A stretch of DNA of 32,000 bases from Acaryochloris marina MBIC11017 (lineage in GTDB: Bacteria; Cyanobacteriota; Cyanobacteriia; Thermosynechococcales; Thermosynechococcaceae), in assembly GCF_000018105.1 (NCBI RefSeq), contig NC_009931.1:122962-154961 (forward strand), given 5' to 3'. Made by a program: the position numbers and the translations under genes. The notes beneath the pieces were generated by a model that was given only the letters and a program-made list of their open reading frames with translations, was not told where the DNA came from and made no database searches. Positions 25,749 to 32,000 of the stretch are shown here, piece after piece; within the stretch, counting starts at the first letter, position 1; each line of letters begins with the position of its first letter.

Positions 25749-25898
25749 CGGAATTCTCCTTGTGAATAGAAGTTGAATTTTCTCGTGGGAATGTAATTAC
25801 TTTCGGGCACAAAATAATACGCATTGCGCTCGAAATTGAATCAGTTTTGAAAAAGTTGAAACGAACTGAAATTTCTGCCAACTTCATCATACGCGATT

Positions 25899-25930
25899 GC
25901 CAAATTGTTGGCGTATGGTGTGGTATTTTC
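25899..25930 (+). other. Candidate oriT nic region for the MOBF relaxase
   Basis: A hairpin GCCAA-attg-TTGGC (25899-25912) is followed by GTATGGTGTGGTATTTTC. GCGTATGGTGTGGTATTTT resembles the F/R100 TraI recognition sequence as I remember it (GCGTGGGGTGT^GGTGCTTT / GCGTAGTGTGT^GGTGCTTT). It lies about 600 bp upstream of the relaxase operon. Confidence 0.4.
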
Positions 25931-25964
25931 GCCGGGGCTTGGGGCAGCGCCCCAAATTGCCGTC

Positions 25965-26047
25965 TTCCCTGGATCTGCCCCGTTTCTGCCCCAGAATGTC
26001 CCCAGGCTGCCCCATGTTTGCCCCAAGTTGTCCCAGGTTTGCCCAAA
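25965..26047. repeat. Iteron array A: 7-8 direct repeats of TG(C/T)CCC with 10/11-bp spacing
   Basis: Repeat cores start at 25976, 25987, 25998, 26008, 26019, 26029 and 26040, plus a degenerate TTCCCT at 25965. The array is preceded by the inverted pair TTGGGGC-agc-GCCCCAA (25939-25955). Confidence 0.75.
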
Positions 26048-26088
26048 ATGAGCATATTGAAAGCTGAAAAATTGGGTTGAGAAAAAGT

Positions 26089-26146
26089 TGCCCCAGATTG
26101 TCCCTGAGTTGCCCCGGATTGTCCCCAGTCTGCCCCAAAAGATCCC
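26089..26146. repeat. Iteron array B: 5-6 direct repeats of TG(C/T)CCC with 10/11-bp spacing
   Basis: Repeat cores start at 26089, 26099, 26110, 26120 and 26131, plus a degenerate copy near 26141. TGCCCC and TGTCCC alternate, giving a 21-bp super-unit. About 40 bp of AT-rich DNA separates it from array A. Confidence 0.75.
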
Positions 26147-26318
26147 ATTTCAAGGATATGGAATGTTACGGGAATTGTGATGATGGTTGATGGTTTTTGA
26201 CAAAAGCCACTAGAATGCCCCTAGAACTTTGAACACCACCGAAAAGATTTTTAACAAAAGCGACGCCACTTCGCGAGAATGCGGTCGCAAATTGGGTTGA
26301 AGTTTACTAACTAAATCA

Positions 26319-27488
26319 ATGATTGATGCAACGATCACGTTCGACTTTGGCGGATCGGGGTGCCGTGCTATTGCACAAGTACCGGGTCAGCCAGAGCAAC
26401 TGTATTTGCTATCACCGGAGATGGCGCAGATCGAACGAGGCCGAATTGAAGATACCTTTGCAATGCTCCATGAATTTGGAGAACCGAACCTAACCACCTC
26501 TATTTGGTTGGAGTTCGCGGGCAGTGCTTATGTGCTGGGTGACTTTGCTAAGCAGTTTGCCGTGAGTGGGCTGCAACTGAGCAAGCAAAAGTTCGAGCTG
26601 GGGATTACCAAGGCCCTGGCCCTGATTGCCTGGATTGCCCAGGACAACGGGCTGGAAAAGGGGGCTTCCATCGCCTTGGGGGTCGTTCTCCCCTGGCGCG
26701 AATATAAGGATCGACGAGCCTTTGAAGATCAGCTTTGTCTTCAGGTACAGAACTATATCTTTCGCGGCCAGTCCGTGGGGTATCAGCTGGATCTGTTCAC
26801 CTGCTACCCGGAGGGCTGGGGGGTTCTGAACAATATGATGTTCTCGGAAGGACTCAATAACGCCGCTGTATGGATGTGGGGGTTCCGCGACACCACCGTA
26901 CTTTGGGCCGCGAACCGTCAGCGCGAGGGCAGTACGGAGCCGTGGGGGTTCCGCCGTTTTATCGAGCGGTTCCAAGAAAGGGCACGGTTGCCCATCTGTG
27001 ATGCTCAAGAAGTTGAGATTGATGAGCTGTACTTAGCTAGAGTTTTGGGGAGTGTCACCAGCTTAGAACCTGAACAACTGAGGTCACATCTATCTCCCCT
27101 CGTGAGTGGTCTGTCAGTTCTCTACCAGGAAGATGCCCTGACCCAACTGTGTGAGCAGTATGAGCGCATCTATCAGCTGTACTTCCAAGATGCGATCTCA
27201 GTCTTTGAGCGCAATACCCCCCAACACATTGAGCGGATCATCCCCTGTGGGGGGACGGCCTGGTTGTACCGTTCTCTCCTGAATGAGTACTTGAAGCAGA
27301 AGCCAGGGGTGCAGCAAAGCTGGGCGACTCAGCAGGAGCGGGCCGTGATGGACACCTTTGGTAAGAAGGTGGTCAAAGCTGAGGGGCTGCAGTATCGCCT
27401 GGATGATCCAATGGGCATCTTTGGCCTCGTCCGTGCCCAAGTCAAACATCGCCAACCATCAGCAGGAGGGTTAAAAGTTGCCAGATAA
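26319..27488 (+). CDS. Actin-like (ParM/Alp-type) plasmid segregation ATPase
   Basis: 389 aa. An actin-fold phosphate-1-like motif ITFDFGGSGCRA is at the N-terminus. CYPEGWGVL resembles ParM MPESIPAG. The phosphate-2 position is degenerate (MWGFRDTTVLW) and the adenosine motif is IIPCGGTAWLY. Motif spacing is similar to R1 ParM, and the gene lies directly downstream of the iteron arrays. Confidence 0.6.
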   Translation: MIDATITFDFGGSGCRAIAQVPGQPEQLYLLSPEMAQIERGRIEDTFAMLHEFGEPNLTTSIWLEFAGSAYVLGDFAKQFAVSGLQLSKQKFELGITKALALIAWIAQDNGLEKGASIALGVVLPWREYKDRRAFEDQLCLQVQNYIFRGQSVGYQLDLFTCYPEGWGVLNNMMFSEGLNNAAVWMWGFRDTTVLWAANRQREGSTEPWGFRRFIERFQERARLPICDAQEVEIDELYLARVLGSVTSLEPEQLRSHLSPLVSGLSVLYQEDALTQLCEQYERIYQLYFQDAISVFERNTPQHIERIIPCGGTAWLYRSLLNEYLKQKPGVQQSWATQQERAVMDTFGKKVVKAEGLQYRLDDPMGIFGLVRAQVKHRQPSAGGLKVAR

Positions 27489-27876
27489 CCGATTTGATAG
27501 ACGGCTGCGTGTCCGTGCGGATAAAGGCAGTATTGAGCAGGCCATTGTGGAGGAAATTGAAGATCCCTGTACGCCCCCTGGAAGGGTGGGTGAAACGATT
27601 CTGCGAATGGGCCAAGCCTTCTTTGGTCATCGTGCGGCCCGTCGAATTCATCGCTCCGAACTAGAGGTAAAAAGTGCGGCGAGGGACTCAATTCGGCTGC
27701 TGCGAGAGCAGATTACCTATATTGCCCTCGACAGTGGCTTGAAAGATGAGCTGCCGCTGTTATTGGGCTTTCCCCAGTTTTCGATGAATGGTGTTTCCAC
27801 CGAGCAAGGGGTAGCCCCCGTTGAGGAGTCTACCTCTGACATCCCTGATTTAAGTGAAGCATTTAAGGATAACTAG
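27478..27876 (+). CDS. Putative ParR-like centromere-binding adaptor (possible ribbon-helix-helix N-terminus)
   Basis: 132-aa ORF with a TTG start overlapping the upstream gene by 11 nt. The N-terminal RRLRVRADKGSIEQAIVEEIE fits a beta-strand plus helix, and the tail is acidic. The call rests mainly on position after the ParM-like gene. Confidence 0.4.
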   Translation: MPDNRFDRRLRVRADKGSIEQAIVEEIEDPCTPPGRVGETILRMGQAFFGHRAARRIHRSELEVKSAARDSIRLLREQITYIALDSGLKDELPLLLGFPQFSMNGVSTEQGVAPVEESTSDIPDLSEAFKDN

Positions 27877-27878
27877 TC

Positions 27879-28505
27879 ATGCCCCAAACGAAGAATCAAC
27901 TGATTGAGCAGGTTGCCAAGCCCAATGAGGTCAACGACGAGCAAGCGAACCAACTGATTGAGCTGCTGCAGATGCAGGAAGGTAAAGGAAAGAAATACCC
28001 AGATGAGCAAGTTCAGCTCTTTGAGCGGGCCTGCCAGTTGACCCGCAAAGGGCAACCCGTACCGGATGCGGCTCAGATGGCATTGAATGAGGCTCAGCAA
28101 GAACCGCAGCCCCCAGCTCCCCAAGAACAAGCGGATGCACCCCCTAAACAGTCCACCTTGGATGGAGGGGTTCAAGACCTGGTTGAAATTGCTGAAACAG
28201 CGGGTGAAAGTACCGCCGAGCGATTAAGCCAACGCCCGGAGATGTTGTCGGATCAAACGATTCATGAATTTGATAAGGCATTCTTTGTCTCGTTGGGGTA
28301 TCACCTCCAACGTAAGCTCTCCGCAAGGGATCAGAGTCCCACTCCGATAGATGTGAAAGTGGAGCCTGCGGGACTAGGAATTTTGAAGGGGGTTCAGGAA
28401 CGCTTGCAGGCGAAAGAAGAAGCTGAGCGCAAGGTGTTAGTCGCAGCAACACAGACGACGGATCAACCTACTGAACCTGCCGAGGTTGTTAGTGAGCAGC
28501 AATAG
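27879..28505 (+). CDS. Acidic Gln/Glu-rich hypothetical protein
   Basis: 208-aa ORF starting 3 nt after the upstream stop. No motif was recognised. Confidence 0.5.
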   Translation: MPQTKNQLIEQVAKPNEVNDEQANQLIELLQMQEGKGKKYPDEQVQLFERACQLTRKGQPVPDAAQMALNEAQQEPQPPAPQEQADAPPKQSTLDGGVQDLVEIAETAGESTAERLSQRPEMLSDQTIHEFDKAFFVSLGYHLQRKLSARDQSPTPIDVKVEPAGLGILKGVQERLQAKEEAERKVLVAATQTTDQPTEPAEVVSEQQ

Positions 28506-28527
28506 CCTAAAGCAATCCCCCCAGCTC

Positions 28528-29055
28528 ATGTCCAGTGATGAAATGGAAGTGGTGAGCCGCGAGGTATATGACGTTGCCTCCGCTGATGCTCAACGGCTGA
28601 TTGAAGCAATCCATAAGCACCGGGACATCAATCATCAGTCCGTCTTGGAGGCTTACAATCTGGTGTTTACCAGGGAGCTGAATCGGTTGCTGCAATCTCA
28701 GAAGGTTTTGGGTGCGGTAGCGATTGATAAAGTCTCGCCTGATCGGGTTAGACTCCCCGTAAATGGTGCACCGAATGAGGCTGATCTGATCCAGCTTGCC
28801 CAACGGCAATTGTTCTTAGTCCTGGTGGCCGTCGCCGCTCAGCATGAGAAGGTTCAAGAGATAAAGGAACGTCGGTGTGAACATGGCATCACGTTACTGA
28901 GAAATCTCACGGATTTACTTCGGGAACTATTCGGTTCTCTGCTGGGTTTGGTGTTGCTGCTGGCAATGTTTTATGGGTTGGGGGTTGCGACTGGGGTAAA
29001 CCTGCCGGGGGAGGTTATTTGCCGGGTGAGGATTGCTCAGTGTGCTGGGGAATAA
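28528..29055 (+). CDS. Hypothetical protein with C-terminal TM anchor
   Basis: The ATG at 28528 (MSSDEMEVVSREVYD...) avoids overlap with the upstream gene. A C-terminal hydrophobic segment reads LFGSLLGLVLLLAMFYGLGVATGV. Confidence 0.5.
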   Translation: MSSDEMEVVSREVYDVASADAQRLIEAIHKHRDINHQSVLEAYNLVFTRELNRLLQSQKVLGAVAIDKVSPDRVRLPVNGAPNEADLIQLAQRQLFLVLVAVAAQHEKVQEIKERRCEHGITLLRNLTDLLRELFGSLLGLVLLLAMFYGLGVATGVNLPGEVICRVRIAQCAGE

Positions 29056-29092
29056 TTCTCGAGACTCAATATGTGGATTTTGGAGGATTACT

Positions 29093-29275
29093 ATGCCAAC
29101 TTTAAGAGCTGAGATAGCAGACATTATTACCCAGAATTCTGTGGAGAGAGCAGCGTTAGAAATACTAGCGTTGCTGGAGGAAAAAGGATTATCGCTCGTC
29201 GAAAATGGTTGGCTGGATGATGACACGATCTCTCAGCTTAATCACATTAGCGAAGAGAAGAATGATGAAAAGTAA
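29093..29275 (+). CDS. 60-aa acidic hypothetical protein
   Basis: GGAGGA lies 5 nt upstream of the ATG at 29093 (MPTLRAEIADIITQNSVERAALEILALLEEKGL...). The listed start at 29033 lacks a ribosome-binding site. Confidence 0.45.
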   Translation: MPTLRAEIADIITQNSVERAALEILALLEEKGLSLVENGWLDDDTISQLNHISEEKNDEK

Positions 29276-29627
29276 GTTTGCTCTGTTAATGGCGACAGCA
29301 ATAGGCATTTTGGTTGTCCAGCCAGCAATGGCGGCTAACTTAAGCTCAAGCGAGATTGATCAAATGCTTCAAAATATCGCCATACCAATAGCGATGATCG
29401 CATCTTCTATTCTTGCGATCCATATATTCTCCTCCGGGCAACTCTCATATGTACAAATGAGGAAACAACCAGGCAAAATCCGGGAGTTAATTGGGATTAC
29501 CTGTATGTCATTCGCGCTTTGCTCACTCCCTTCTCTAGTCGTTGGGGAGTTTGGGAGCGGGAATGTAACGCTGCTTTTGATCAATGGTGCGTTGATTGCT
29601 TTTGGTTTGATGATTCGTTCTCAGTAA
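29262..29627 (+). CDS. Small membrane protein with signal peptide; VirB2/TrbC-pilin-like layout
   Basis: The ATG at 29262 gives MMKSKFALLMATAIGILVVQPAMA|ANLSS, followed by two to three hydrophobic helices in a mature protein of ~97 aa. No sequence motif was recognised, so the call is by layout only. Confidence 0.4.
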   Translation: MMKSKFALLMATAIGILVVQPAMAANLSSSEIDQMLQNIAIPIAMIASSILAIHIFSSGQLSYVQMRKQPGKIRELIGITCMSFALCSLPSLVVGEFGSGNVTLLLINGALIAFGLMIRSQ

Positions 29628-29736
29628 AGGTAGAGAACGCATGAGGATATCGTTTGAAGGGCTACAACCTGTTAGATACCTTCTGCGATCGCAACTCTGA
29701 TACCAATCCACGGAGCTTAGACCATAGGAGAAAATC

Positions 29737-30336
29737 ATGGATTGTGCTGCTACGCGGACCCCCGAGGAAAGAGAATTCTTGCGTCTAAAAGGTCGAGATA
29801 TGGCCTTTGGCTACATCCAGATGGCCCGCAGGTGTCCTCGCCCGGAGGAGATTGCTAATATGGCGCTTACCGATTGGGGCCAGGGCAATATCTTCAATGG
29901 TGTCGTGGATCAACTGGGCCTCATCTGGGAGGACGTTGACGGCAAGATTGTCTATCGTAAGAATCCCCAGCGAGAGCTGGAAAAAGAGCAAGCCCTTGAC
30001 CGCTATCGATGCGCGTCAAAAGAGCCTCCTTTCAAACAGTATCCAGATTTGCAGGAGATGTCGCTTGATGCACTACTGAGTGAATTGGAGAGCTGGCACA
30101 AAATCGGTGGATTTGATGAGCGGTATGACGAAGAGCGAGTAGAAGCCTTGGTCTGGATGTTGTGTTATCGCATTGCCTCGGTCATGGCAGAAGATCATTG
30201 TATTTTGCTTGAGATGGCCGCATACGCGATTGGCTATGAGCATAAGACCCACCCCACGGCCATCCCTGAATGGAAGGATTGGGGCATGGCGATGTGTGAT
30301 CGGGTTCTGGGGTCAATCTATACGAAACCCGATTGA
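29737..30336 (+). CDS. Hypothetical protein
   Basis: 199-aa ORF with GGAG 7 nt upstream of the ATG. Composition is protein-like but no motif was recognised. Confidence 0.6.
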   Translation: MDCAATRTPEEREFLRLKGRDMAFGYIQMARRCPRPEEIANMALTDWGQGNIFNGVVDQLGLIWEDVDGKIVYRKNPQRELEKEQALDRYRCASKEPPFKQYPDLQEMSLDALLSELESWHKIGGFDERYDEERVEALVWMLCYRIASVMAEDHCILLEMAAYAIGYEHKTHPTAIPEWKDWGMAMCDRVLGSIYTKPD

Positions 30337-30381
30337 GTTCCCAGACGTTCACATTCCAGGCGGTTTCTGTGTTGCCTAGCT

Positions 30382-30413
30382 GCGATGACCGAAGGTCGGT
30401 CTTCGACCATCGC
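30382..30413 (+). terminator. Imperfect stem-loop downstream of the 29737-30336 gene (no U-tract)
   Basis: GCGATGACCGAAG (30382-30394), a 6-nt loop, then CTTCGACCATCGC (30401-30413), with 11 of 13 bases pairing. An alternative inner hairpin is GACCGA-agg-TCGGTC (30387-30401). Confidence 0.2.
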
Positions 30414-30651
30414 GCATCCAATACCAACTCCCCAGACTTCCCACCAAACAGCAGTAAAAACGACCCCCCGCCACTTCTAGTCCAAGAGGTCGTTGAATCC
30501 TTTCTTTAATTATAATGAGGATCCCAAATGACGACGAACCCCTTTATCGGCTACTTCGAGCAAGTTTGGATTGACCACCAGACCAACTACGGCCAGCACG
30601 CTGATCCATGCTTAGCGGTCTTGTGTATCACCTAGTCAGCCATAACTTACT

Positions 30652-31014
30652 TTAGAACTCAATTTCTTCCACCAAAAATGCACAAGACCTTGAGTGATCA
30701 ATAAAGTTATTCTCATCCTCAATAAGCTTCGGTCCAAGTTCAGCCATCTCAGTCGAACCCATGGCTTCCATGAGATCATTCTCTGATTCAAACCACACCT
30801 CAGCAACACCATCAAACTCTTCTGCCATGCTTCTTGACTGTCTCATGCTTTCATTTAAAGGACTGGAGAGAGTATGCGACTGCACATATTTTTGAGTTCT
30901 CATCACAGCAGCATTCTTCATAAAGAATGGACCATGGCTATTCTGCCAATAATCCTGAAAAGCTTCTCTGGTGATATCAGCGCGACGATGAAGGCACATT
31001 ATCAATTTGATCAT
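30652..31014 (-). CDS. EthD-domain protein
   Basis: 120 aa. MIKLIMCLHRRADITREAFQDYWQNSHGPF ... GVAEVWFESENDLMEAM matches the EthD-family pattern I know (short dimeric alpha/beta-barrel proteins). Confidence 0.7.
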   Translation of the reverse strand: MIKLIMCLHRRADITREAFQDYWQNSHGPFFMKNAAVMRTQKYVQSHTLSSPLNESMRQSRSMAEEFDGVAEVWFESENDLMEAMGSTEMAELGPKLIEDENNFIDHSRSCAFLVEEIEF

Positions 31015-31171
31015 GACACTCGAACTCTGATCGTTTTGGATTAAAAATGGCTAAAGACTAAGATTACCAGGCGGGCGGACCAACGCGAGTGGCCTCTGAA
31101 GAACCAAAAGTCTCAACGAAGTGAACGACGAGGAAACACTGAAAACGTAGCCTGCTCCGTGCATTGACTTG

Positions 31172-31744
31172 TTATGCGGCCTTTGTGGGCCACCGTGCAA
31201 CCTCGTAGACGATTTCAGTTGGATTGAAATCATTCTCCAAGTAACCGCAATAGTGATCAATGATCATTCCGAATTCAAGCTTACAGCTGACAATCGCGAG
31301 GAAATGCCCAGCGATGGGCCAGAGTTGAGGAACTGAGCGTTGGGCGGACGCGAAATCGACAACAAAGAGCGGGCATGTCGGAACCCAATATCCCTTACCG
31401 CCCTGTTGAATAGCGTTAGGCGGAGTGATCATCAAATGACAATCAGTGTTTGGATCAACGTTATGTATTTGTTGAATGAGGTTCATCGCCTTATCGGGCC
31501 AAGCAACCTCGGTGTAGTGGTACTCGTTCGGACGCGTTTGAGATCCGGACCCGATGCCATCAGCAGTGGCGGGCAGAAAAGTGGAAATGATGTCGTGTGA
31601 TTCAGGTGTGTAGACGCAGGGTGCGGAACTGAGCGCTTGCGACAGCGGTGGTGCGAGTGATTCGAGGAACGTGTTTCGATTGCGGCGTTGTTTGTTGGCC
31701 GACGCCTTGAGGAAGATCAATCGTTTGCGTTCATCGGAATCCAT
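31172..31744 (-). CDS. Hypothetical protein
   Basis: 190-aa ORF of plausible composition. No motif was recognised. Confidence 0.5.
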   Translation of the reverse strand: MDSDERKRLIFLKASANKQRRNRNTFLESLAPPLSQALSSAPCVYTPESHDIISTFLPATADGIGSGSQTRPNEYHYTEVAWPDKAMNLIQQIHNVDPNTDCHLMITPPNAIQQGGKGYWVPTCPLFVVDFASAQRSVPQLWPIAGHFLAIVSCKLEFGMIIDHYCGYLENDFNPTEIVYEVARWPTKAA

Positions 31745-32000
31745 CTTTCGCGTCGGGTTTGCTGCGTAACTATTGATTATATAAATATTGTCTGGTAACT
31801 CCAGCTTGAGGGCTATTATCTTCCAACTACTTTTTAACTCCGAGATAATGACATTATCAAGTCAGCATCGGATAATTCCAACTCCAAGGGTGTTGTCCAG
31901 TAGTTCACCGTACTCACAAGGCCAAGTTTAAGAAGTTTAAGTCCTAATCTTCTTTCCTTTACCTTTTCGATTCAGATCACCAAATGAGGCCAATATCGCG

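Noticed and set aside
25735-26153. Four overlapping ORFs on both strands (25735..26148, 25841..26026, 25847..26080, 25887..26153) with GQSGAT/WGxxG-type translations
   Set aside because: They are generated by the TG(C/T)CCC iterons with 10/11-bp spacing. Frames on both strands are open only because the repeat lacks stop triplets. The translations are low complexity and there are no ribosome-binding sites.
26197-26232. TTGACA ... TAGAAT / TAGAAC, considered as the promoter of the ParM-like gene
   Set aside because: Spacing to the two candidate -10 hexamers is 8 nt and 19 nt, both outside the usual 16-18 nt range. No confident promoter call is possible from sequence alone.
26490-27008. 172-aa minus-strand ORF inside the ParM-like gene
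   Set aside because: It is antisense to a gene with recognisable actin-fold motifs, and its Pro/Gly/Arg-rich composition is typical of antisense frames in GC-rich coding DNA.
29685-29692. GCGATCGC (HIP1-type palindrome), considered as evidence for a cyanobacterial host
   Set aside because: I found only one copy in 32 kb, which is compatible with chance. The host assignment therefore stays tentative.
30527-30634. 35-codon ORF (MTTNPFIGYFEQVWIDHQTNYGQHADPCLAVLCIT) with AGGA upstream
   Set aside because: It is too short to support without conservation data. It may be real or may be a remnant of a longer gene. I am not reporting it as a feature.

Overview
This window looks like the transfer and maintenance backbone of a conjugative plasmid or integrative conjugative element (ICE), carrying IS insertions and a cargo locus. 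The host is probably a cyanobacterium, but that guess rests only on protein styles and one GCGATCGC palindrome at 29685-29692. All family calls come from motifs I recognise by eye in the supplied translations; no searches were run.

Layout:
- 1-9123 (+): a tightly coupled mating-pair-formation operon. It encodes membrane proteins, a protein with VirB10/TrbI-like layout, a secreted lysozyme-like plus M23 peptidase hydrolase, and a VirD4/TraG-type coupling ATPase.
- 9146-11287 (+): two genes of unknown function.
- 11464-16439: a 405-codon gene of unknown function split by an IS630-family element, which is itself split by an IS21-family element (istA/istB). Both junctions and target duplications can be read directly.
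- 16480-19012 (-): AT-richer cargo DNA with a NACHT NTPase whose C-terminus is a polytopic glycine-zipper membrane domain. A small tail-anchored protein sits next to it and shares a G/Q/N-rich N-terminal motif with the NACHT upstream frame.
- 19168-25296 (-): a 2042-aa fusion of TrwC/TraI-type relaxase, helicase, coiled-coil repeats and a Toprim domain. A 156-codon ORF with its own Shine-Dalgarno (SD) sequence is embedded in the +1 frame of the linker.
- 25306-25748 (-): two small accessory ORFs.
- 25749-26318: an intergenic hub with an F/R100-like nic-site candidate and two arrays of 10/11-bp iterons.
- 26319-27876 (+): an actin-like (ParM-type) ATPase and a small putative adaptor.
- 27879-30336 (+): small unknown genes, one of them pilin-like.
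- 30652-31744 (-): an EthD-like gene and one unknown gene.

No rRNA, tRNA or CRISPR array was seen. The most interesting candidates are the NACHT/small-protein pair and the overlapping gene inside the relaxase.
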